Assembly: GCA_964016885.1 (NCBI GenBank)
Contig: OZ024745.1
Coordinates: 8,804,001-8,868,000 of the forward strand
Direction: 5' to 3'
DNA length: 64,000 nucleotides
Source: Eledone cirrhosa
Taxonomy: Eukaryota
Shown here: positions 52,320 to 64,000 of the stretch, one piece after another
Numbering within the stretch: position 1 is the stretch's first letter
Layout: each line of letters opens with the position of its first letter
The notes under the pieces: generated by a model
What the model saw: only the letters and a program-made list of their open reading frames with translations
What the model was told of the DNA's origin: nothing
Database searches by the model: none
Translations under genes and position numbers: made by a program

Positions 52320-55300
52320 ATGGTGGAACAACAAACAGCGGAGCTAATAAAGTTGTTTAGAGAACAGATGGAACAACAGAGTTTATTGGCGTCGCAACAA
52401 ATGCAACAACACAAGAAAGATATGGACTCTGATAAAACTGTTTGGTGCTCGAGATTCTGAACAACAGAGTTTATTGGCGTCGCCAGTTGCTTCGACACCA
52501 ACAGCATTCATCCCACCATTTGCCGCTTTTGATTCAACAACAGAACTATGGCCTGATTACTGGTCAAGATTCTGCACGTTTGTGGCTGCTAACGCTGTAC
52601 CCGAGCAACGCATGGCACAAGTGTTCCTGACTAATCAGACGGCTGCTATCTACAAACAACTTGCAAATCTGGCTGCTCAACAAAATCCGCCTAAGAATAT
52701 CAACAAGTTGTCAATGGACGAAATTGTTGACTTCATGAAAGAACAGTTCGACCCAAAACTTTTCATTGTGAGAGAACGTTTCAAGTTCTGGAGTGACATG
52801 CAACGGAAGCCAGGCGAAACTCTCCAGGAGCTGGCAGCACGTATACGTCAGGATGCAGCTACCTGTGATTTTCCTTCGATCACAAATCCACAAGATGAAG
52901 CTCTAAGACAGAGATTTATATGTTCTGTCAATAATGAAGCTGTGTTGAAGGCTATTTTCAAGATCAAGGATACAGAACTAGATTTCGCCCGTGCTGTCCA
53001 AGTTGCCATCGGGACCGAAGACGCAGCAAAGGTTGCCAAGGAAACTGTTTACGGTTCCAAAACCAAGCAAGTCTACAAGGTCCAGCAGAACAAGAACAAG
53101 GGTCCTCGAAAGAACCATCAGCAGTCTTATTCCACAGACCAGGAGATGTGCTACCGATGTGGAAAGGCCCACAAAGCGACAGACTGCCCCTTCAAAGAAG
53201 CCAAATGTCATTTTTGTGACAAAAAGGGATATTTGCAAGCGGTGTGTAGAAAGAAACAACATCAGCAACGTAATCATCGCTCACAGAATTACGTGAAAAG
53301 AATCACGAAAGCTGAGCTAGTCAAGGCGATCCTTGGTGAAGTTCCCCACGATACTCATAGTTTGAATGTGCCAATAACAATCCAGAACAGACTTTTCACA
53401 ATGGAATTGGACACAGCTACTACAGGCAATTTTGTTTCCTTGTCAGTTTGGAAACAATTAGGAAAACCGAAGCTGCAAGATGTCAAACATCGGTTTGAAT
53501 CTGTCAGCAAGCACGACCTGCCCGTTCTGGGAACTTTCATGGGCCAAACCAAGGATCCAACGACCGGTAAACGGAATTCAATACCCTATATCGTCACCAA
53601 GATCCCTGATCTTAATTTTCTGGGACGAAACGCTATCCAGACTCTGGGAATTTCCGTGGACAATGCTCTAGGATTGAAAAGCATAGACAGCCAGGCGAAG
53701 AGTGAGGGTGCAGAAGTGATGCATCCAAAGACCTCAAATGAGCCCTATATTTCCATGCAACGAGATTGTCACAACATGTGTGATGAATTCCCAGATCTCT
53801 TCAAGCAAGAATTGGAATGTCTTAATGACTTCGAACTGGAAGTGAAGTTCAAGTCGGGCGCGACACCGATCTTTTACAAGGCACGCCCGATCCCGTTTGC
53901 TCTTCGTGATGACCTGGCCAAAGGTTACGAAGAAGGCATCGCCAAAGGAATCTGGAAGCCAGTACAGTTCAACGAATACGGAACGCCAGTGGTACCGATT
54001 CGTAAAGCACATACTTCAGGCAACCTGAAGCCCAAACTACGGATTTGTGGTGACTACTCTGTGGGAATTAATGATCAACTTGCAGATCATCGTCATCCAA
54101 TGCCACTCCCAGAGGAACTGATGCAGAAGCTCGGAGGTGGATTCGGATACACAAAGATTGATCTTGCTGATGCCTATAATCAGATCAAGCTGGCTCCAGA
54201 AAGTCAACGCAGGCTTGCACTCAGCACTCACCGTGGGGTGCTCCTGCAGGAACGACTCCCTTTCGGAATCAAGTCAGCACCTGGTTACTTTCAGGAGATC
54301 ATGGAAAACCTGACTCAATATCTACCTGGTGTGGCCGTCTTCCAGGACGACATGCTCGTCAGTGGGAAAGATGCAAACGATCACCTGAACAACCTAAAGT
54401 GTCTGCTCACACGTCTGTGCGACAAAGGACTCAGATGTCGCCGTGACAAGTGCCAGTTTGCACTACCCAGTGTGGAATACCTTGGACACACCTTGTCGGC
54501 TGAAGGGATCGCGAAGGGATCCAAGGTCGAAGCAGTTTTAAAGATGCCACCTCCAACGAACGTCTCAAGCTTGAAGTCTTTCCTGGGTTCAGTTCAGTTC
54601 TATGGAAAGTTTATCCCAAACCTGGCCAGCATGGCAGAGCCACTCTATTGCCTTACGAAAAAAAAGACTACTTGGAAGTGGGGAGATGAAGAAGAGTCAG
54701 CTTTCGATCAGTTGAAAAATGTGCTTTCATCGGATCGAGTTCTGATACACTTCGATCCAAACAAAACTTTGGGACTGGCTTGCGACGCGTAAAACGTTGG
54801 TATTGGAGCACACCTGTTTCATCGCTATCCTGATGGAAGCGAGCGCCCAATATCCAATGTGTCCAAGACTCTTACTTCTGCACAGCGTAACTACGGCTAA
54901 ATTCAAAAGGAAGCCCTGGCCATCATATTTGGCTTGCAGAAGTTCTATCAGTATCTGTACGGACATCAGTTTATACTCGTAACTGACCGCAAGCCACTGA
55001 CATCACTGTTCAGTCCGAGGAAAGGGACGCCACTTCTCGCTGCTAACCGACTAGCACGGTGGGCCCTGTGGCTGAACTAGTTTGACTACACCATCGAATA
55101 TCGGAAAACAGCGGATCATGGCAATGCAGATGCCCTCAGTCGCTTGCCATTTGGTAATGACGTCGACTTTGACAGGAAGGAAAATGGTGAAGACATGGAC
55201 ATGGTGTGCGCCATCAAAGCTCTCAGTCTTCAAGTCCAACCTATCGATGCTAACGTCCTCCGTCAAGAGTCAGGGAAAGCTCCAGTGATATCTACAGTGA

Positions 55301-56580
55301 TACGCTACGTCCGTGAAGGCTGGCCACCAAAGAATACTGAGATCAATGACGAAGTCAATAAGTTCCGGAAGTTATCGGATTCACTCAGTATCTGCCACGG
55401 ATGCCTTATCCATGGATCGAGAGTTGTGATTCCACATAGCTTACAGCCAAAGATCCTCAATCTTCTGCATCTCGGACACTTTGGCATGGAGCGCATGAAA
55501 CAATTGGTAAGAACTGCTGTTTATTGGCCTGGTATCGATGCTGCTATAGAGAAAACCAGTCGACAATGTGATTCGTGTGGTGAACATCAAAACCATCCAT
55601 CCAAGTCTCCAGTTCACCCATGGATGTTACCTGAAAAGCCGTGGAGCCGCTTACACCTGGACCACGCAATCAATTTCATGGGCAGTAATTGGTTGGTGAT
55701 CACGGATGCTTATTCCAAGTATCCATGCATTCATCCTACGTCATCCACGTCCTCCAGAGCCACTTTAGATCTACTTGAAGAAGACTTTGCGCACTTCGGA
55801 TTTCCTCACACGCTAGTCACCGATAACGCACCAACTTTTATTTCTGAGGAGTTCCAGAGCTGGTGCAAAGAACGTGGGATCACGCACCTGACAGGGGCAC
55901 CTTACCACCCAGCTACTAACGGAGCAGCGGAACGTTTGGTGCAGACCTTCAAACAAGCTCTGAGGAAGACTTCTCTTCCGCCGAAGCGAGCACTTCAAGA
56001 GTTCTTGATGCAGTACCGGAGAACACCGACATCCAGTGGATTCTCTCCGAGTGAACTTTTGAATCACCGGCAGATACGGACAAAGATTGATTCTCTGCTG
56101 CCCTCGCCAGCACACATCGCTCAAGGCAAGCACTCTAAGGAAGCATATAAGTCTCAGATGACTCCGGACTCGGCACGTGTCGCTAAGGTTACCAGGCAGT
56201 ACAAGGCTGGAGATCCTGTGTATGCTCTGTACTACGGACCTCGCCGAGACAAAGATCCCCGATGGGTACCAGCAATCATTAAGAAGTCATTGGGTACTCG
56301 CTGCTTCAACTTTAAGGTCATACCTCATGGCTCGGTGTGGAGACGACACTGGGAACAGCTGCAACCGCGGTACACTACTGAGGAAGACAATGAACCTGGT
56401 GATGCAGTAGACACTGTTTTTGAATTTGCAACAGATCACCCGATGGAGATCTCGGAAATGGTGCCACTAACTCCAAGACAGACCAGACCCAAGACCTTGT
56501 TGCCCGCTCCAGAGTATGGACCAGACAATCGAAGACGGTCCAAGAGAACTCATAAACCCCCAGAGAGACTTTGCTGTTGA
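52320..56580 (+). pseudogene. Gypsy gag-pol polyprotein, disrupted
   Basis: Two Zn knuckles (CYRCGKAHKATDC, CHFCDKKGYLQAVC), protease LDTA, RT LPFG/FQDD, RNase H CDA, integrase HHCC plus D,D,E. Frameshift near 52428 and in-frame stops at about 54790, 54898 and 55078. Confidence 0.93.
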
Positions 56581-56604
56581 TGCTTCTTTTGTCGCATTAA
56601 TTTC

Positions 56605-56614
56605 GGTGGAGAGG
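56605..56614 (+). promoter_or_regulatory. Polypurine tract
   Basis: ggtggagagg immediately before the 3' LTR. Confidence 0.7.
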
Positions 56615-56890
56615 TGTTGTATGGACTGGGAATTGAACTCACAACCTCATTATTGTATGGACTGTTAAATTTCTATTCAATTTACACGTGCTCACACATT
56701 TGCATATGAATCACGTGACCTGGGCAGTCAGTCAGCGCTGGTATTAAAAACTCGGTCACAGACTGCTACTTACTTACTTTATGTTATTCTACTACTGCGA
56801 AGAGGGGCGTTTTGGTTGTTTCGCAAATTACACAAATTATTTGATATAACTCGTTGTGTTTTCTCTGCGAGTACCGAGAGGAATACAACA
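56615..56890 (+). repeat. 3' LTR (276 bp)
   Basis: Direct repeat of 51940-52212. Confidence 0.95.
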
Positions 56891-58388
56891 CAGTGATTCC
56901 TTTTCACTATTCAAAAGGGGTGTCGTTTTCCATGTCATCATACTGAATGACAAGAACCTCCTGACAACGGGAGATATTTTGAAAATCTCTAAACATTTTT
57001 CAATCCAACTGTGTGGCAAACTATCGAATGCTTTTTTATAATCTATCCAAGCGATTGATAGATTTTTGTGTCTATTTTGACAATCTTCCAGTATCATTTT
57101 GTTAACCAAAAGCTGATCCTTACAGCCATATGAGCCTCGTTTACACCCTTTCTGCTCATTGGGAAATAGGTCATTTGTTATCAGGTGGTCATATGTATAT
57201 TCAGTTAGGACTGATGTTAAAATTTTATACATTGTGGTCAAGCAAGTTATCGGTCTGTAATTTTGGGGATTGTTTGTCTCATCATTCTTCGGAAGCAGGA
57301 ATGTAATGAAGTTAACTAGCATTTATGGTATCTTTTCTGGCTCCTTAACTATTTCATTGTAAAGTTGGGCTAACAGCTCATGAGACTCTGTGAAGGCATT
57401 TATCCAAAAATTTTGTATTTTGTCTTTTCCTGGGGATTTCCATTTGCTGGTTTTTCTAAGAGCCAAACGCAACTGTTCAACTGTTATATTTTCCGATATT
57501 TGTTCCTCAAGGTGAGCTGTATATTTCATTTGTCTGTCTATCCATGCGGCATGTATATTATGAACTTTATCTTCGGCCCAGATCTTTTCCCAGAATTCTT
57601 GCACTTCCTCCTTGGGTGGTATTGATTTAGCAGTTATTGTTGACTTACCAATTTTTCTGTAGAAGTTTCTTTGGTTGTTTTTGAACATATTATTGTCCTT
57701 ATAGAATCTAGATCGTTTTTCAAAGCGCCTTATACGAGCAGCTTTGGCCGACACTTTTTGCTTGATTATTTCTATCAGCATGTCTATGTCACTTGTTGAT
57801 TTTATACTGTACTTTCTTTTCAATTTTCCAAGTTTAGTTTGTTTAACATGTTCACCTACTTTATAGTTTGTTAAAATTTCTATGTCAGATCGGAGAAGGT
57901 TTATTTGGCGATTGATGTTCTCTTGCCAAGTAGATTTCTTATGGGAATTCCTTTGTTTTTTCATTTTCACTCCACATAAGTGAGTGGTGACTTTAGTCGA
58001 TACATAATAGAGATGATTTAAATCAGTAATGTTTAGTTTGTTTGTGATGATAATGTTTTTGAGAATTATGTTAGTCTTGTGTATTATCTTTTGGTTCTGT
58101 TTGGAGTTCTGGATCTTAGGGAGGGTGTCTCGTTCCCCCATGTCAGATTCTTTCATTTTCATCCATTCGATCATAATTTCATCCTTCAAGTTGGCAAGTT
58201 CATTCTCATTCATTTCTTTATCATTTACGATCTCATTGTTTTCATTTTGAGTTTCATCTTGAGCATGCACTCCCTCCAGTTTTTCGATCCTTTCTTTAAT
58301 TTGTTCTGTTGTCGGTGATTCCGCCCAACCCTGGGATTCGAAGTGTTACAATTTACCTCGTTTTCACTGACACATGTTTCATGTAATG

Positions 58389-58422
<34 letters not shown>

Positions 58423-58423
<1 letters not shown>

Positions 58424-58695
58424 AGCTGCATTTATCTTGCTTTATGTTCATCCGAGTTATCACCAAGTCACAACCAGTGACCTGAAGAGACAACAAGGTC
58501 CGCCATGTTCAAGAAAGAACATACATACTCACACATGCATCTTTAGGTGTTTAGACTTGTGATGTACTTGTATTGACAAAATCTTCCTTAGTATATGGGC
58601 AGTTCCCATTAGTACTATCGTTTGTATTTCTCCTATACGCGGGTTTCCTGGGATTTGCGATAAGTAATCATTAGACCCCTTAGGTATCATTCCTA

Positions 58696-58696
<1 letters not shown>
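58423..58696 (-). mobile_element. Short 3' fragment of R4/Dong family A
   Basis: Matches 58751-59022 and is bounded by (ATT)n. Confidence 0.9.
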
Positions 58697-58750
<54 letters not shown>

Positions 58751-58751
<1 letters not shown>

Positions 58752-61700
58752 AGTTGCATTTATCTTGCTTTATGTTCATACGAGTTATCACCAAGTCACA
58801 ACCAGTGACCTCAAGAGACAACAAGGTCCGCCATGTTCAAGAAAGAACATACATACTCACACATGTATCTTTAGTGTTTAGACTTGTGATGTACTTATAT
58901 TGACAGAATCTTCCTTAGTATATGGGCAGTTCCCATTAGTACTATCTTTTGTATTTCTCCTATACGCGGGTTTCCTGGGATTTGCGATAAGTAATCATTA
59001 GACCCCTTAGGTATCATTCCCAAAGCGCCTACAACCACTGGTATTGTTTTAGTTCTCAATTTCCACATTTTTCCAATTTCTATCTCCAGGTCCTTATACT
59101 TGCCAAATTTTTCAAATGTTTTTATAGATACATTCTTGTCTATTGGAACAGACATATCAATTAGCAGGCATACCCTCTTTTTAAAGTCCTTCAATATTAT
59201 ATCAGGTCTATTTGCATCTATTTTTCGGTCTGTTTGGATGCTAAAGTTCCACAAGATTGAGATGTGATCTTTTTCAAGTATGGGAGGTGGTTGATGCTCC
59301 CACCAATTCTTTTGATGGGGCAGGTCAAAATGCTTACACATTATCCAATGTATGTATTGTGCAGCTCTGTCATGCCTGTTTAGGTATTCGGTTGGAGCTA
59401 TAGGACTGCACATTGAAATTATATGGTCAATGGTCTCTGGTTGTTTTTTGCATACACGGCATAATGGGCTGCATCCATTTTTTATTATGTTGGCTTGGTA
59501 ATTTTTTGTTGGCAGACACTGATCTTGTGCTGATATAATCAGTCCTTCAGTCTCCGATTTCAGTCCAGAGGATGCCAAGCACTGATGGGTTAAAGTTTTG
59601 TCAACATCAGGATTGTTAGCTCGCTCTGGGTATTTTCCATACAGAGGCTTTTCTTGCCATTTCTTAGCCAGTTTCTGTAGCAGTTCTTTCTTTGCAGTTA
59701 CTTTTACCTGCTTTGCTTTTTCTGTGTTTTCCATTTCAGCAGTAAATGGGACTTCTGAAATTTGTAGTCCATTACTGTATCTTTGTGCATCTTTTGTAAT
59801 GGAATATGATCTTTTGATGCTTTCGTGTTTCAAAACGAGTTTGATCATCCAATCATGTGATTCCCTTAGATATGTAGATAATCCAATTGTTGCAGTTTTC
59901 AACGCAATGTCTAACTGGATTAACCCACGTCCTCCTTCTTTCCTAGGGAGATATATTCTATCTATATCTGCCTTAGGGTGATGCATTCTGTGCATGGTTA
60001 AGAATTTTCTAATTTTTGTATCGAGCCTACGGATCTCTGTGCTTGACCAGTTGATGACATTGTAACTGTAGGTTACTACTGGTATGGCAAGCGTGTTTAT
60101 GGCATCGATCCTATTCCCTGCATTCAATTCCGTTCTTAAGATTGCTCTTACTCTGCGGTAACATTCCTTCCTTATCCTTTCCCTCATTGTCGAGTGCTTG
60201 ATTCCGTCTCCTTCACAAACACCTAGATATTTGTAAGTTTTTTCTTGATCAAGTTCTCTTATCACGTTCCCCCGATCAAGATTAATGTCTGAACTCTTCA
60301 GCAGCTTTCCTCTGGTGAACGTTGCTTTGGCGCATTTGTCTAGTCCAAACTCCATTTTAATGTCATCACTGAACTGCTCCACAGTGGATAATAGCCCTTG
60401 CAATTGTTCATCATTTTTTGCAAATAGTTTCAGGTCATCCATGTAGAACAAGTGATTAATGGTTTTGTCATAGACCTTATATCCATGTTTTGTTTCATTG
60501 AGCATTTTACTTAATGGTATAAGCGCGATGCAGAATAAAAGCGGTGATAAAGAGTCACCCTGAAAAATTCACAATTAATATTAACTTCTCCAGCTTCCAG
60601 TGATTTTGTTTCACTATTCAAAAGGAGTGTCGTTTTCCATGTCATCATACTGAATGACAAAAACCTCCTGACAACGGGGGATATTTTGAAAATCTCTAAA
60701 CATTTTTCAATCCAACTGTGTGGCAAACTATCGAATGCTTTTTTATAATCTATCCAAGCAATTAATAGACTTTTGTGTCTATTATGACAATCTTCCAGTA
60801 TCATTTTGTTAACCAAAAGCTGATCCTTACAGCAATATGAGCCTCGTTTACACCCTTTCTGCTCATTGGGAAATAGGTCATTTGTTATCAGGTGGTCATA
60901 TGTGTATTCAGTTAGGACTGATGTTAAAATTTTATACATTGTGGTCAAGCAAGTTATCGGTCTGTAATTTTTGGGATTGTTTGTCTCATCATTCTTCGGA
61001 AGCAGGAATGTAATGCCGTTAACTAGCCATGATGGTATCTTTTCTGGCTCCTTAACTATTTCATTGTAAAGTTGGGCTAACAGCTCATGAGACTCTGTGA
61101 AGGCATTTATCCAAAAATTTTGTATTTTGTCTTTTCCTGGGGATTTCCATTTGCTGGTTTTTCTTAGAGCCAAGCGCAACTGTTCAACTGTTATATTTTT
61201 CCATATTTGTTCCTCAAGGTGAGCTGTATCTTTCATTTGTCTGTCTATCCATGGGGCATGTATGTTATAAACTTTATCTTCGGCCCAGATCTTTTCCCAG
61301 AATTCTTGCACTTCCTCCTTGGGTGGTATTGATTTAGCAGTTATTGTTGACTTACCAATTTTTCTGTAGAAGTTTCTTTGGTTGTTTTTGAACATATTAT
61401 TGTCCTTATAGAATCTAGATCGTTTTTCAAAGCGCCTTATACGAGCAGCTTTGGCCGACACTTTTTGCTTGATTATTTCTATCAGCATGTCTATGTCACT
61501 TGTTGATTTTATACTGTACTTTCTTTTCAATTTTCCAAGTTTAGTTTGTTTAACATGTTCACCTACTTTATAGTTTGTTAAAATTTCTATGTCAGATCGG
61601 AGAAGGTTTATTTGGCGATTGATGTTCTCTTGCCAAGTAGATTTCTTGTGGGAATTCCTTTCTTTTTTCATCTTCTCTCCACATAAGTGAGTGGTGACTT

Positions 61701-62630
61701 TAGCCGATGCACAATAGAGATGATTTAAATCAGTAATGTTTAGTTTGTTTGTGATGATAATGTTTTTGAGAATTATGTTAGTCTTGTGTATTATCTTTTG
61801 GTTCTGTTTGGAGTTCTGGATCTTAGGGAGGGTGTCTCGTTGCCCCATGTCAGATTCTTTCATTTTCATCCATTCGATCATAATTTCATCCTTCAAGTTG
61901 GCAAGTTCATTCTCATTCATTTCTTTATCATTTACGATCTCATTATTTTCATTTTGAGTTTCATCTTTAGCATGCACTCCCTTCACTTTTTCGATCCTTT
62001 CTTTAATTTGTTCTGTTGCCAGTGATTCCGCCCCAACCCTGGGATTCGAAGTGTTACAATTTACCTCGTTTTCACTGACACATGTTTCATTTTCCCTTCG
62101 CTGACTTTGTGCTAATAGCTTGATCTGATCAATTTCTATATCAGTTAGTAGCTTTTTTCTTACAATATTTCTTCGTATATTGACTAGTTTGTTACTGTCA
62201 ATATAGCCTCTGTTTTCGGGATGTTTCTTTTTCCAGTTGATATATGTCTGTTCTGTATTCGATGTATTTGATGGGTAGTACATGGCAGTGTAGAAAGCCT
62301 CAAGGACTTCTTTATTATCTTCCCTTGACCATTTTCTCTCTTTTTCCTTTGGATTTCTTGGTGGTGAGCATGGAGGGCCAACAGTAGGAGTATTCCGGTT
62401 ATGGGAGGTCTCCAGCTCCGAAGTGATGGGAAGGTTTGAACCATTAGCTGATTTTTCGAACCCAGTCTGGTTCCTCTCTGAGGGACGCGGCCCTTTTTTA
62501 CCCGGGTGACGGCCGATCCGGTATGAGATTTTATCATTAGACATTTACTTTATTTTGTCGCGTTTTATCCTTATCCGCCAAGGGGTAATCATTTCGTGTT
62601 ACCACTTCTAGAACGAGTGTCAACCAAGAC
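58751..62630 (-). mobile_element. Apparently full-length R4/Dong-type non-LTR retrotransposon, family A, in (TAA)n
   Basis: 86-nt 5'UTR, a single long ORF, a 3'UTR of about 144 nt and (ATT)n on both sides. Confidence 0.95.
58895..62544 (-). pseudogene. RT plus restriction-like endonuclease polyprotein (about 1216 aa) with one frameshift near 60569
   Basis: WSREDNKEVLEAFY N-terminal block, KSPGKD, YRPITCL, DYKKAFD, YMDD, GGRGL, CRVC-X8-H-X4-C, RHD, RPDII..IDMSVP..KYKDL. One C is missing relative to copy 1 (aaattc-aca vs aaattccaca). Confidence 0.93.
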
Positions 62631-62695
<65 letters not shown>

Positions 62696-62696
<1 letters not shown>

Positions 62697-63766
62697 TCTT
62701 TGAGTCTCAGTCATTGATGTTAGTTAACCGGAAAGTTTGTTGAAATGAATATCAAGCCACTACCTGCAGCCTCAGATATTCAGGACGTATCGGAGGGTTC
62801 TTGGTGTTCCCAGCAAGCATGCCTTTTGAAGCGTTCCAAAAAGCGTGAAGGGGCCAATTTTCTTTAACCATCCCTGGAAACCTTTTGAGATAGTCCCTAG
62901 TGCGCCTATGACAATCGGGATCACTTTGACTTCATGGCAGTTCCAAATCCTTTTTACCTCCCACTTTAAGTCCTGGTATCGGTTAATTTTCTCCCTCTCC
63001 TTCTCTCGCACTCTCGTGTCGAATGGGCAGGCCACATCCACAATCAGGCACGATCTTTTTTCTTTGTCCACAACCACCGGGTCAGGTCTATTGTGTTCCA
63101 GTTTCTTGGCCGTCTGTATCCTAAAATCCCACAGCACCTTCACCTGATCGTTTTCTATCACCGACTCTGGCTTATGCTCATACCACTTCTCAGAATGTGG
63201 TAAATTGTTTACTTTGCATAGGTGCCAGTGGATCACCCTGCCCATCACATCATGTCTCCAGCCCTTATAGTGAGTCTGGGCTAGGTGTTTACACTCGGAT
63301 ACAATGTGAGCCACAGTCTCCTCTCTCTCTCTCTCCACAGATCCTGCACAGTGGGCTAGCCTCCTCCTTGTAAATATGGTGTTTCAACCACTTCGTTTTG
63401 AGGGCCTGCTCCTGTGCAGCCATTAACATTCCTTCTGTAGCCTTTTTAAGGTCTCCTCTTTTCAACCAGTTCCATGTCTGTGGATCTCTAAATTCAGTTT
63501 TCTCAAAGAAGGTACTATGAAGGGATTTTTCCTGAAGGCTGCTCTTTCTCCTTGATGTTATTTCCTCCTTGGACATCCCCTGGCCTATTGTCCCCTCCTT
63601 CAGTACAGTTCTGAGCATTGGCTCCTTACTATCAGTCACGTATTTGTGTAGGTTGTTTTTCTCCATCTGAACACAGTCCTCTATGCTGATAAGACCTCTT
63701 CCACCCTCAGATCTCCTTAAGTAGAGTCTATCGACATCACTCCTCTTGTGGAACATGTTGTAGATA
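62696..63766 (-). mobile_element. 5'-truncated R4/Dong-type element, family B (RT thumb plus REL)
   Basis: DVDRLYLRRSEGGRGL, CRICG..ETVAHIVSEC, RHD, RPD, VDVACP and RYQDL. Frameshift in the (CT)n run near 63325; (ATT)n on both sides. Confidence 0.92.
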
Positions 63767-64000
63767 GTATTATTATTATTATTATTGAATGCCATGGTTG
63801 ACGGAGGCTCGGCTCTGTAAGGTATAGTAATTTTTAACCGTTAAAACAATTGTAAATTGTTTAAAACTTGAACCAAATTGTTGATAAAGACACCCTCCTC
63901 CTCGTGAGAAGGGTCTTTCTGTCCGTTATTTGGCCCTTCGGGGTTAAATAACCAGTTATTGGGGTTTTGTACCCAAAATTTCATTTTAAACAAAAAACAA

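Larger units (their letters stand above)
51940..56890 (+). mobile_element. Full-length Gypsy (Mag-like) LTR retrotransposon
   Basis: TG..CA LTRs, 5-bp TSD cagtg (51935-51939 and 56891-56895), PBS, PPT and gag-PR-RT-RH-IN domain order. Confidence 0.97.
50087..58382 (-). mobile_element. 5'-truncated R4/Dong-type element, family A, interrupted by a Gypsy element
   Basis: Highly similar to 58751-62090. It carries RT and REL motifs (YRPITCL, DYKKAFD, GIFQGDSLSP, YMDN, CRVC..H..C, RPDII) and frameshifts near 50490 and 57320. Confidence 0.93.

Noticed and set aside
47131-56410. Short antisense and alternative-frame ORFs within the LINE and Gypsy elements
   Set aside because: These are shadow ORFs of TE coding sequence with no recognisable motifs.
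62545-62630. 5' HDV-like ribozyme of the full-length R4 element
   Set aside because: No nested double pseudoknot could be found in the short 5'UTR.
63885-63920. Hairpin containing tcctcgt (HDV L3-like)
   Set aside because: It folds as a simple stem-loop and lacks the P1.1 GG, P4 and catalytic C context.

Overview
This is a repeat-saturated eukaryotic window. An animal, probably a cephalopod, is inferred from the SINE type, the dense (TA)n/(CA)n/(ATT)n tracts and the TE set. Bases 1-33014 are one 51-bp tandem satellite (about 647 units, running off the left edge) with irregular 2-3 kb higher-order duplications. All long minus-strand ORFs there are by-products of a stop-free 51-bp unit. Bases 33.0-45.0 kb hold microsatellites, tRNA-derived SINEs, a possible short terminal exon, a 1.4-kb palindrome and several non-coding Penelope-like remnants between (TA)n tracts. 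These remnants carry hammerhead-ribozyme cores, one of them with an unusual pseudoknotted strand order. Bases 45.0-63.8 kb are a nested retrotransposon pile inside an (ATT)n tract: one Tx1/L1-like LINE and five same-orientation R4/Dong-type RT+REL elements of two families (one full-length). A full-length Gypsy/Mag-type LTR element with a 5-bp TSD is inserted in one of them. No CRISPR array and no securely identified host gene were found.
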